Source: a virus. From it: a DNA stretch of 64,000 nt. This document shows, piece by piece, positions 38,547 to 47,665 of this stretch. The notes beneath the pieces are model-generated. The model saw nothing but the letters and a program-made list of their open reading frames with translations, was not told the origin of the DNA and did no database searches. Both the position numbers and the translations under genes were made by a program. Positions within the stretch are counted from its first letter, which is position 1; every line of letters starts with the position of its first letter. Where the stretch lies: positions 1-64,000 of IMG/VR virus record IMGVR_UViG_3300025137_005412. One strand, written 5' to 3'.

Positions 38547-39605
38547 ATGTGTGTTGTTGCTGCAAAGCACTTCAAAGGACATGGTTGGATTTTAGTAAAA
38601 AATCGTGACCGTAATTATCCTACTGAGGTAAAATTAGTTCAATCAAAACGTTCAGGCATTGAACGCTTATTCCTACGTGATACAACTACGGGTTATAGTG
38701 AAGGTCTAAATGAAACAGGCTTATCAATAGTATCTGCTTCAGTGATGGTTAAAAAAGATGAGAAAGAAGGTGGTGGTAGAGCATCTGATTCTCAAAACTG
38801 GACATCACCTGATGGACAAAGAATAAGAAGAGCACTATATCAAAAGACTGTAAAAGGTGCAGTCAAATCATTATTAGATTCACAGATTCCTGGAAACACT
38901 ATTATTTCTGATGGTAAAGAATGCTATCTTATTGAAGCTGCATTTACTAATTACGAAAAACCTGATCAAAAATATCACAGCATAGTTAAAAAGATTCAAC
39001 CAAAAGATATTTGTGTAAGAACAAATCATGGTATAGCATTACCATGGACAGGTTATGATATAAAAGACCCTGAACAAAAACCTGATAGGTTATCTTCAGA
39101 AAGCAGATTGAAAATAGCAACTGCAGAAATTAAAAAAGCTAAGGATCCACAAGCATTATTGAACGCCTTAGGTGTAGCACCTGAAAAAGACCCACAAATG
39201 AATCCTATAAGAATCAATAAAGGTAAAGGTGTTATGAGAACTACAGGTCAAATCATGTTAAATCCATTAGAAAGAGTATTTACATATAGACCTACAATGT
39301 CAGAAGTAGAATTAAGCAACTACAATAAGATCAATGCAGAAACATCTAAGACTTTCTTTGAGATCATATCAAACAGAGAACTAATTAGCTTTGGTTCTTT
39401 TAGTGAAGGTACAGAATCATGGGAAGCAGGATATAAAAGACGTGTAGTAAAGACTACTAAAGCAGAGCATAAAGACAAAGGTCTTATGTGGAGAATTAAA
39501 GGTAAAGACAGACCAGAAATTAGTATCAAACTATATAAAGACAAACCATCTTTTGCAGAATTCAAAAAACAAATGAAAAGAGTGGCTGGACATGAATTTG
39601 GCTAG
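38547..39605 (+). CDS. Ntn-hydrolase-like protein (Cys2 nucleophile) with C-terminal extension
   Basis: MCVV, KNRDRNY, EGLNE, RTNHG, S..RL. Confidence 0.7.
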   Translation: MCVVAAKHFKGHGWILVKNRDRNYPTEVKLVQSKRSGIERLFLRDTTTGYSEGLNETGLSIVSASVMVKKDEKEGGGRASDSQNWTSPDGQRIRRALYQKTVKGAVKSLLDSQIPGNTIISDGKECYLIEAAFTNYEKPDQKYHSIVKKIQPKDICVRTNHGIALPWTGYDIKDPEQKPDRLSSESRLKIATAEIKKAKDPQALLNALGVAPEKDPQMNPIRINKGKGVMRTTGQIMLNPLERVFTYRPTMSEVELSNYNKINAETSKTFFEIISNRELISFGSFSEGTESWEAGYKRRVVKTTKAEHKDKGLMWRIKGKDRPEISIKLYKDKPSFAEFKKQMKRVAGHEFG

Positions 39606-40812
39606 TTTCTTATCTGAAGCTGCTGACAGCTCACAGAATCTACATCTTACACATGTAGATGAAGACCTATTTGAAAGAGGAGATGAAGGTGCTAAGGCAT
39701 CTATTGAATCTTGTAGAAATGTATTGGATGGCATTGGTACGGGTGAGACAGCACTTACAATCAAATGGGATGGTGCACCTGCTATATTTGCTGGTGTAGA
39801 TCCTGCTGATGGTAAATTCTTTGTATCAACAAAATCAGCATTCAACAAAACACCAATACTATATAAGAGTGCATCTGATAAGAAAAAATTTAAAACAGGT
39901 GATAAGCTTGCAATTGCTCATAAAGAGTTTCAAAAGATTGGTATACCATCAGGAGTTGTATTACAAGGTGACCTTATGTTTACTAAAGGTGATCAGAAAT
40001 ATGAGACTATTGATGATAAAAGATACATAACAGCTCATCCGAATACTATTGTTTATGCTTGGGATGCTGAAAGTGATGTAGGTAAACAAATAAGAAATGC
40101 AAACATAGGTGTTGTTTGGCATACTACATATTCAGGTAAAGACTTACAAAGTATGAAAGCAAGATTCGGAGTAAACGTAAATAAATTAAAAAGCTCACGT
40201 TCTATATGGATGGATGATGCATATTTTAAAGGTGCTAATGTTGCCTTTACTGATGCTGAGAAAATTAAAGTAGAAAAAATCTTATCATCAGCAGAAAGTA
40301 AAATTGGCAAGTTTGATAAGCTTAAAGAAATAATGGCAATGATACCATCAGCTGCTGTTGGTGCTGGAATAAAAACATTTATAAACTCTAATATTAGAAA
40401 AGGTCAATTGCCTACAGCAAGAAAAAATCCAGTAAAAGATTATATTGAATATGTAGATACATATTACGAAGATAAGATTATCAGTAAGTTAAAGACAGAT
40501 AAAGCTATAGACTCTAAGAGAGCTGCAAAGAGACAATTAAGATCTGATCTTGGTAAGAATGCTGCTATTTTAAAAGCTGCATTTGAATATGTAGATCTCA
40601 TTACTCAAGCTAAAGTACAAATAATTAAAAAACTAGTATCGTTGGATAAACAAAAGCAATTTGTTAAAACAAGTAGTGGTTTTAAAGTGACTAATCCAGA
40701 AGGTTATGTAGCTATAAATTCTAAAAAAGGTGAAGCTGTTAAATTTGTAGACAGATTAGAATTTAGCTATAATAATTTTTCTGACAGTGTAATCAAAGGA
40801 TGGCAAAAATGA
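39592..40812 (+). CDS. conserved T4-like protein (DUF6267-like)
   Basis: HLTHVDE, KWDGAPAIF, QGDLMF, PEGYVA, KFVDRLEFS. Confidence 0.75.
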   Translation: MNLASFLSEAADSSQNLHLTHVDEDLFERGDEGAKASIESCRNVLDGIGTGETALTIKWDGAPAIFAGVDPADGKFFVSTKSAFNKTPILYKSASDKKKFKTGDKLAIAHKEFQKIGIPSGVVLQGDLMFTKGDQKYETIDDKRYITAHPNTIVYAWDAESDVGKQIRNANIGVVWHTTYSGKDLQSMKARFGVNVNKLKSSRSIWMDDAYFKGANVAFTDAEKIKVEKILSSAESKIGKFDKLKEIMAMIPSAAVGAGIKTFINSNIRKGQLPTARKNPVKDYIEYVDTYYEDKIISKLKTDKAIDSKRAAKRQLRSDLGKNAAILKAAFEYVDLITQAKVQIIKKLVSLDKQKQFVKTSSGFKVTNPEGYVAINSKKGEAVKFVDRLEFSYNNFSDSVIKGWQK

Positions 40813-41045
40813 AAACTATTGTAGTAATAACTGCTTTGTTATGGTATGCAAATAATCCTGTCCAAATGCAAACAGACTGGCCAGGTGGTGAATTTGAAAC
40901 GTTATATGAATGTAGAGAGTTTCTGCACTCTAATAAAGTAATGCTTACATTAGGCTTATTTGAAAAGCACATAGAAGATGAAGAAGGTAATCATCTGTTA
41001 AGTTGGGAGTACTTCTGCGAATCTAGATCTTTTACTGATACATAG
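40809..41045 (+). CDS. small exported hypothetical protein
   Basis: Hydrophobic N-terminus, F.TL.EC...C. Confidence 0.55.
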   Translation: MKTIVVITALLWYANNPVQMQTDWPGGEFETLYECREFLHSNKVMLTLGLFEKHIEDEEGNHLLSWEYFCESRSFTDT

Positions 41046-41059
41046 GAATTAAATATAGT

Positions 41060-41968
41060 ATGAGTATATTAGATGGCCTTACAAAAGAATACATCATGGA
41101 AAATAGCTCCTTATTAGGAGATTATAAACATGTGATACACAACCTTGATATTCCATTATTTTTCAATCCAGCCAATACAGATCCTATTAACTTTGGTTTG
41201 GCTTTTGATCTAGTGGTAGCTGGTTGGATTAATTCATTTCCAGCAGTAAGAGGTGTAAATGTCTTTCACCCTGTTCAAGAAGGAAAAACATTAATGAGAT
41301 TTGATGAAACCCAAGAAAACTTTGAGAATCAAAAATATATTAGATTTCCACCACATTCACCTATTAATTATGAACCCTATATACATGTCTCTGAAAATGG
41401 TATTGATTTTAAGTCAAAAGCTAAAGCCGCTAGAGGTGAAACAACTAAAGACACAGTAGATTTTGAATTAGAGAATGTTATGGTTGGATTTAATAATGAA
41501 ATAGTCAGAAGTCATGAACATTCAGGTGATGATAATAATGCACGTATATTTTTAGGTCCACAAAGATGTCTAGATACTAACTGGAGATTACCTGAAGCAT
41601 CATATAAACGCAGATTAGTAAAAGATAAAGATATATTTGATATAGGTTATCATTTTAGTTCTACTGATGGTGATAAACAAATGTCAGGTAGATATGAAGA
41701 AAAATGTTTTGCAGGTAAAAACACATTTAACTTTATGAATTGGCATAACAAATATCTTGGTTCGCCTAAACTTGATAAGGTTATAAGAAGAATGGCACAA
41801 TGTAAAGAATTCCATGGTACACTCGGAGGTTTATCCTTCTTAGCATTATCAATGAAGATACCTACAACAATACACACAAATCCAAGAATGACTTGGACAC
41901 CACAAAAGAAAGTTATGAAAACATTAGCACGTAGAAGTGGTGCAACATTTATGGAGGCAACAGCATAA
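41060..41968 (+). CDS. hypothetical, GT-B/GT9-like C-terminal motif
   Basis: FHGTLGGLSFLALSMKIP resembles FIGNDSGLMHLAxALGxP. Confidence 0.45.
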   Translation: MSILDGLTKEYIMENSSLLGDYKHVIHNLDIPLFFNPANTDPINFGLAFDLVVAGWINSFPAVRGVNVFHPVQEGKTLMRFDETQENFENQKYIRFPPHSPINYEPYIHVSENGIDFKSKAKAARGETTKDTVDFELENVMVGFNNEIVRSHEHSGDDNNARIFLGPQRCLDTNWRLPEASYKRRLVKDKDIFDIGYHFSSTDGDKQMSGRYEEKCFAGKNTFNFMNWHNKYLGSPKLDKVIRRMAQCKEFHGTLGGLSFLALSMKIPTTIHTNPRMTWTPQKKVMKTLARRSGATFMEATA

Positions 41969-42933
41969 TGTCATCAGGTAAACTAGACAATCTAATAATT
42001 CAAATGGGTTGGAGATCAGCTCAAAAAGGTTTTGCACGTAGACGTAATGGAACACAAAGAGAAATTGCAGATACATACAATTTTGGTTTAGGTCATACAT
42101 TATTAGCCATGACATTTATTGGTGAAACATATCCGACTAAAGCACAAAGAGATGCAGGTGTATATAACCCACATATTGAAGTACTATATCCTGATTCAGA
42201 CACATCAGGTAATATCATGTTTAGATACCACGATGTTAAGTCTATATTAGATTCAGATCTAATGAATGCACCTAACTTAGTATTCGAAGCATATACACCA
42301 CTTACTGGTGATCCTGACTCAAGATTTTTAGGATTAAATGATGGTACTGCTGTTTACAATGTAGACTCAGATAAGGAATTGGTAGCTAACCTAGTAGAGT
42401 ATAACTGGGAACAAATATCAAGCTTTGGTGGTACAGATAAAAATATTGACATGTACTCATATGATATATTTCAATCACAATTTTCTAGAGCTGGTACACC
42501 AGCATTAAACTTCCCTAAATTAAGATCAGATCTTATTCCACGCTATCGAAGTGGAGAAGATCATTATACACATTGCTTTAAATTCAGTAATGATAGCGAT
42601 GGTATGGGTGTATCAGATGAGATGATTGCTAAATGGAAAACTGAGAATGAGTCGACTGCATGGAATTTTGACTCAGATACATCCTCGACACTCGAGAATG
42701 TAGTCAAAAAAATGAAGAATAGTAGATATTATCATGGTACCTTGAATGGTTTAGCCATCCTAGCATTAGTCTGTGGTGTTCCTGCAACTGTTTATATGCC
42801 AACTGCAGTATCTCTCAGCCAAGAACAGAAAGCTCTTAAAAAGATATTCCTTAATAATGGTGGCACCATAATGACTCAAGAGAATTTCATGCTGGCAAAT
42901 CAGTCTATTGGATTTACTGAAGGTAATTTATAG
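41968..42933 (+). CDS. paralog of 41060 with five DSD motifs
   Basis: NFGL, YHGTLNGLAILALVCGVP, QKALK shared with upstream gene. Confidence 0.45.
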   Translation: MSSGKLDNLIIQMGWRSAQKGFARRRNGTQREIADTYNFGLGHTLLAMTFIGETYPTKAQRDAGVYNPHIEVLYPDSDTSGNIMFRYHDVKSILDSDLMNAPNLVFEAYTPLTGDPDSRFLGLNDGTAVYNVDSDKELVANLVEYNWEQISSFGGTDKNIDMYSYDIFQSQFSRAGTPALNFPKLRSDLIPRYRSGEDHYTHCFKFSNDSDGMGVSDEMIAKWKTENESTAWNFDSDTSSTLENVVKKMKNSRYYHGTLNGLAILALVCGVPATVYMPTAVSLSQEQKALKKIFLNNGGTIMTQENFMLANQSIGFTEGNL

Positions 42934-42955
42934 AAAAAACTAGTATAATACTAGT

Positions 42956-43375
42956 ATGACAATGCATTTATTAAGAGGTACACCTGGCCTCAACACCAAA
43001 AAAGCTAATGTAAAATACACAAAGGCTAAACTGGCCTCTCTAAGAGTATCACATAGAAATCATAACAAATGGGCTAAAGCTAATCGCATGCCTGATCTTA
43101 TATTAGACTTCGAAGATTATAAGTTATACACTCGTGGTCTATGGAAACCTAAAACTAACACTGATATTGTCATTAACAAACTTCCCACGTTATCAAGAGA
43201 TAAGGGTCCAGAATATCCATCACTTAACAGCGGTAAATACAATGCTTTTAAGAAAGAACCAATGAAATATACTGGTACCCTTATCAAGGGAATTGCACAA
43301 ATGCATAAGTCTAATGCTGTGCCTATAATTAATAAACAACAAGCAATTGATGTTGCTAAGATGAGAAGAGGATAA
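42956..43375 (+). CDS. conserved phage hypothetical protein
   Basis: YTGTLIKGIAQMHKSNAVP, AKMRRG. Confidence 0.75.
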   Translation: MTMHLLRGTPGLNTKKANVKYTKAKLASLRVSHRNHNKWAKANRMPDLILDFEDYKLYTRGLWKPKTNTDIVINKLPTLSRDKGPEYPSLNSGKYNAFKKEPMKYTGTLIKGIAQMHKSNAVPIINKQQAIDVAKMRRG

Positions 43376-43376
43376 G

Positions 43377-43634
43377 ATGATGATGAAAGAAGATTTATAC
43401 AGAGTATATGCAGATGTAGTCAGGTCAGATCAAATGCAAGCTTCTGAAGTAATAGCATTATTTAAAGATGAACCAGGATTTGCTGATTGGTATCGCAAAA
43501 AATATTTAGATGAAAAGTCATCAGTTCAGAAGATTGAAAGATGGGCTGAAAGAAATCCAAAAAACTCTTGGGTACAAGACACTGCTTTATTACTAATTAG
43601 AAAATTGACCAGTGTCACTAATTGCAGAAAGTAA
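43377..43634 (+). CDS. hypothetical protein
   Basis: ORF with RBS. Confidence 0.55.
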   Translation: MMMKEDLYRVYADVVRSDQMQASEVIALFKDEPGFADWYRKKYLDEKSSVQKIERWAERNPKNSWVQDTALLLIRKLTSVTNCRK

Positions 43635-44193
43635 TTCCACACAAAGAAACTGGAATTTAGATAAAGATTTAGATGCAGACATTGATCTACTTCTAATAGA
43701 TGCATTACAAAATGCACCATCCAAACAAAATCTACCATTCTATATTGCTCACTTATGTAGTGACAGAGATCTTATTGAAAAGATACATGCTAATACCATG
43801 GGTTATAGTGATGCAAGTAATATAATAAGACCTAATGATCAAGTTCTTGCTCATAGATTGATCGCTTTCGAAGCATACGAAGAGCCAAATAAGTATTATG
43901 AAAATATGGATGTTGAGCAGTATAATACTTTAGTAAGGAGAGATCAATTGATGGCAGTAGGCATTGCTTCTGGTTATGTAAATTTAGTAGCACACCAACA
44001 TGGTTTGAAAACAGGATATTGTGCATGCCATAATGACACTGCTGTACGTGATTTGTTAGAAGCTGATGGTGAAATAATTACAATGATTGGTGTAGGTTAT
44101 CCTGACACAAGTAAAGATAAGAATGATTCTATGTATGGTGACTATAAGTATAAATCAAGACCAAAGAAAAAAATAGAGGTATTAATTAAATGA
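43612..44193 (+). CDS. nitroreductase-like protein
   Basis: QRNW, APSKQN, VGIASG, GLKTGYC, IGVGYP. Confidence 0.8.
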   Translation: MSLIAESNSTQRNWNLDKDLDADIDLLLIDALQNAPSKQNLPFYIAHLCSDRDLIEKIHANTMGYSDASNIIRPNDQVLAHRLIAFEAYEEPNKYYENMDVEQYNTLVRRDQLMAVGIASGYVNLVAHQHGLKTGYCACHNDTAVRDLLEADGEIITMIGVGYPDTSKDKNDSMYGDYKYKSRPKKKIEVLIK

Positions 44194-44561
44194 CACAAAT
44201 TGTAATTGTTGGTCATTCACCTGGTAAGGTAGATGCAGAGAAATCTATGACACTTAAACGTGTAAAAGATTGGATGGAATCATGCGATATATTAATGTAT
44301 GATTGGTATAATCTTGTAGATCATCATGCACCTGATTTAAAGTTAAAAGAAGCTACACTGAAACCAGAAACACTAAAAAAATATAGTGTAATTATATCAA
44401 TTGGCAATTTAGCTGATGATTGGTGTAAGAAGAATGACATAAATAACTATAAGATGCCACATCCATCAGGACTGAATAGAATATGGAATGATAAGAGAAG
44501 AGCTAATAAGATTATAAGAGAATTAAAGAGACATATATATGCAAACTACGCAGCTATCTAG
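44190..44561 (+). CDS. minimal uracil-DNA glycosylase-like protein
   Basis: VGHSPG, IISIGNLA, PHPSGLNR. Confidence 0.65.
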   Translation: MTQIVIVGHSPGKVDAEKSMTLKRVKDWMESCDILMYDWYNLVDHHAPDLKLKEATLKPETLKKYSVIISIGNLADDWCKKNDINNYKMPHPSGLNRIWNDKRRANKIIRELKRHIYANYAAI

Positions 44562-45207
44562 TATATTTTCAGATGAAGAAAGACAAGCTCTATTAGAGAT
44601 ATACTACTCACATAAAGAGTATGATACTGAAGCTATGAAGAAAGCACCAGTATGTGATCATACATTAGATATAGTACAGGACAGAATCAGGCAGCTCATA
44701 GGCACTGATTATGAATACGTTTCTGGTAATTACTATGAACATACTAAACCGTTTTATCCTCACACTGACTTCAGAAAAGAATGGGTAGAAAGTATTAATA
44801 TGGTAATACCATTAAAGAATAGAACAGAAAACTATAATGGTAAGCTTGTTATATTTGATCAGATGTGGGAAGATGATAGTCAGACATGGATGATGACACA
44901 TCCAACAACTCAGTTTACAGTAAATACAGCACTAAGCGGATGTCCATTTGATTATCCTATTACAAACAAAACAGGCGAGAAGATGGATCAAATGTTTTGG
45001 GAAACTCATCTTAAACAATTCCCTTCATGGTGTTGGAATGAATTATCAGGTCATACTTATAGATACGAAGAGAACAGCATAATAATATTCAATAATAAGA
45101 AAATACACTGCACTAATAATTTTAAAGGCAGTAAGACTGGTCTTACATTAAGATATAAGAAGAGACATACAAATCCATTATTTAAGGAGTATGCAAATGT
45201 TAGTTGA
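44539..45207 (+). CDS. 2OG-Fe(II) oxygenase-like protein
   Basis: YPHTD, VIPL, KIHCT, GLTLR. Confidence 0.5.
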   Translation: MQTTQLSSIFSDEERQALLEIYYSHKEYDTEAMKKAPVCDHTLDIVQDRIRQLIGTDYEYVSGNYYEHTKPFYPHTDFRKEWVESINMVIPLKNRTENYNGKLVIFDQMWEDDSQTWMMTHPTTQFTVNTALSGCPFDYPITNKTGEKMDQMFWETHLKQFPSWCWNELSGHTYRYEENSIIIFNNKKIHCTNNFKGSKTGLTLRYKKRHTNPLFKEYANVS

Positions 45208-45892
45208 TATACAAGGTGTTGGTACGGTAGGTATGGCAATGAGACATATCTTTAGGCATTGCTTTCATGAAAGTTTAACTGATGTAGATGCAGTGATCAT
45301 TACAAATCATGAAGATTACTTGTATGATGTACTTACTGATGTATTGAAATGGCATACAGGTTTAGTCATAATCAAATGTACTGTAAGACCTGATATATTA
45401 AAAAAGATTATGGGTCTACATGACAAGATATGTTATGTACCTGAATTTCTTAGAGAAAAGCATTCACTTACAGATGCTACATTACCAGAGTTCAGAATAT
45501 TTGGTGGTACCAAAGAAAATATTGCATTAGCAGAAAAAGTGTTTGCTGATTCACACTCACATGCACATAGAATATTCCACATGTCCGCAGAAGAAGCTGC
45601 GTTTGTCAAGTATAGCATTAACTCTTATCTTGCTCTTAAAGTAGGTTTCTTTAATGATCTATATGATAAGGCTAAAAAAGAAAATTTGAATTGGTATAAT
45701 ATTAGTCAAGCAATTATAGCAGATGAAAGAATTGGTTCATCACATTCAGAAGTACCTGGTCATGATGGTGAGTTTGGTTTTGGTGGTAAATGTTTACCTA
45801 AAGACTTAGAAGCTTTTATAGATTATACAAAGTCTGATTTGCTTAAAGAAGTAAGAAATAGTAATGAAGGCAGGAGAGCATTAAACAAATGA
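45191..45892 (+). CDS. truncated UDP-glucose/GDP-mannose dehydrogenase
   Basis: GVGTVG, KCTV, PEFLRE, KY..NSYLA.KV, GFGGKCLPKD; no C-terminal domain. Confidence 0.8.
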   Translation: MQMLVDIQGVGTVGMAMRHIFRHCFHESLTDVDAVIITNHEDYLYDVLTDVLKWHTGLVIIKCTVRPDILKKIMGLHDKICYVPEFLREKHSLTDATLPEFRIFGGTKENIALAEKVFADSHSHAHRIFHMSAEEAAFVKYSINSYLALKVGFFNDLYDKAKKENLNWYNISQAIIADERIGSSHSEVPGHDGEFGFGGKCLPKDLEAFIDYTKSDLLKEVRNSNEGRRALNK

Positions 45893-46122
45893 AGAGAGAT
45901 ATATTAGAGAGTATGATGGATATTGGTAGTGGTTTCATTATAGCCATTATAATTCAATTAACAATATTTCCTTTCTATGGTATTACAGTTTCAATATTTG
46001 AGAATTTTCAAATTGCACTAATATTCTTAATAGTGTCAATGACAAGATCAGCTTTATGGAGAAGATTTTTTAGAAGGAGAAAAGACTATGATGATAGACT
46101 TAAATATAGTAGGTATCAATGA
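45889..46122 (+). CDS. small two-helix membrane protein
   Basis: Hydrophobic segments ending RSALWRRFF. Confidence 0.65.
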   Translation: MKRDILESMMDIGSGFIIAIIIQLTIFPFYGITVSIFENFQIALIFLIVSMTRSALWRRFFRRRKDYDDRLKYSRYQ

Positions 46123-46570
46123 TCCAAGACAAGGTGTAGCAATCAAAGACGCAGTTGAAAATGCTATGCTTACATTAATGCCTAAACGTGAGAAGCCAAT
46201 ATACATCAATGTAGAAATTGGTTTAGATGAAGATATGGGTGCAGCTGTAGGTTTTATGATTGAAGGTGGTGAACCTGATGAATTTGACATGTTCTTACGT
46301 AAAGATATATTAAATGATATGGAAGAGTTGATAGTCACAGTGACACATGAATGTGTACATATAAAACAATATTTACGTAAAGAGTTAAGAGATATTAGTG
46401 CTGATAAAAAGATTTGGCATGGTGTTGAATACAATACGTCAGAAGAAGATTATAATAAATGTCCATGGGAAGTAGAAGCATATTTTCTACAATTACCAGT
46501 GGCTAATAGTATACTAAAGGAGTATGAAAAGATATGGCATTCAGGACAAACAGCAGTAGCACAGCAGTAA
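46088..46570 (+). CDS. HExxH metallopeptidase-like protein
   Basis: THECVHIKQY, PWEVEAY. Confidence 0.75.
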   Translation: MMIDLNIVGINDPRQGVAIKDAVENAMLTLMPKREKPIYINVEIGLDEDMGAAVGFMIEGGEPDEFDMFLRKDILNDMEELIVTVTHECVHIKQYLRKELRDISADKKIWHGVEYNTSEEDYNKCPWEVEAYFLQLPVANSILKEYEKIWHSGQTAVAQQ

Positions 46571-46920
46571 GCTGGGAAGAAATGATGGATTGGTCAAGAC
46601 AATTGGCCGATAAAATTAAACAATCAGATGACAAAGATGTCAAGTCAATATTTCCTGTTGATCATGAGGATATCATACCTGCTTGGATGGTTGCAAAAAA
46701 CCTAGGTATTGGTATCCTTCCAGGTCATGCAGATTTGAATGCAAAGTATTTAGCATTTCATGTAGATAACAGTGTGTTCTCTGATATTGCATTTGTCAAT
46801 TACCATTTAGAAGGTGCAGATACACAGATCTTATCTGTTCCAAAGCATTTCGTTCTCAATGAAAGTTATATTGATGAAGAACCTAAGAAAACTTATCAGT
46901 ATCCATGGTATAATATCTAG
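46534..46920 (+). CDS. degenerate phosphoribosyltransferase-like protein
   Basis: SWEE..LA.KIK, IIPA..VA..L, YPW; RGG and DD motifs missing. Confidence 0.4.
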   Translation: MAFRTNSSSTAVSWEEMMDWSRQLADKIKQSDDKDVKSIFPVDHEDIIPAWMVAKNLGIGILPGHADLNAKYLAFHVDNSVFSDIAFVNYHLEGADTQILSVPKHFVLNESYIDEEPKKTYQYPWYNI

Positions 46921-46923
46921 TAT

Positions 46924-47490
46924 ATGAATATTTTTATTCTTGATGAAAGTCCAGTAATTGCAGCACAAATGCATTGTGACAAGCATGTACCTAAAATGAT
47001 AGTTGAATCTGCACAAATGATATGCACAGCTCATCGTATGCTTGATGGTTCTACAATAAGAAAGCCATCTAAATCAGGTAAGCGTATTATAAACTATTGG
47101 CAACACCCTGATCCAAATGATGAAGAGTTGCTATATAAAGCTGTTCATCATAATCATCCATGTACCGTATGGGCTAGACAAACTACAGGTAATTATGATT
47201 GGCACTATGAATTGTTTGCTGAATTATGCAATGAATTTACCAAACGATTTGGTAAAACCCATCTAACAGAATCCCTTCTCTTAGAGCGACTAAAGAAATA
47301 TCCAGTCAATTTACCTAAAGGTGATATTACACCATTTGCACTAGCAATGAGTAATAAACCAGAATGCGTAGTTGAAGGTGATGCTATACAATCATACAAA
47401 AACTACTACAAGTCTAAGCTTGAGTATATGCCAATGGATTGGACACGTGCTCAAATGAAACCTGAGTGGTTTGATGCAATCGCAATATAA
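46924..47490 (+). CDS. pyrimidine-dimer glycosylase (DenV)-like family protein
   Basis: MNIFILD, HCDKHVPKMIVESAQM, HPCTVW, F..RFGK.H. Confidence 0.7.
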   Translation: MNIFILDESPVIAAQMHCDKHVPKMIVESAQMICTAHRMLDGSTIRKPSKSGKRIINYWQHPDPNDEELLYKAVHHNHPCTVWARQTTGNYDWHYELFAELCNEFTKRFGKTHLTESLLLERLKKYPVNLPKGDITPFALAMSNKPECVVEGDAIQSYKNYYKSKLEYMPMDWTRAQMKPEWFDAIAI

Positions 47491-47665
47491 GATAGTACCT
47501 GCATTCACAGGTGGATACAACATAATAGCAATAAATAATAGTAGCTGGCAAGAAGTGGCAGGTCCATACTTGACAGAGAAAGAAGCTCTAACTGATTTAA
47601 CATTGTATGAGCAAGGCGAAGTAGTAGATAATGACAAACAAAACAAGAACTATAATAGATCTTAG
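47471..47665 (+). CDS. hypothetical protein
   Basis: Coupled ORF. Confidence 0.45.
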   Translation: MMQSQYKIVPAFTGGYNIIAINNSSWQEVAGPYLTEKEALTDLTLYEQGEVVDNDKQNKNYNRS

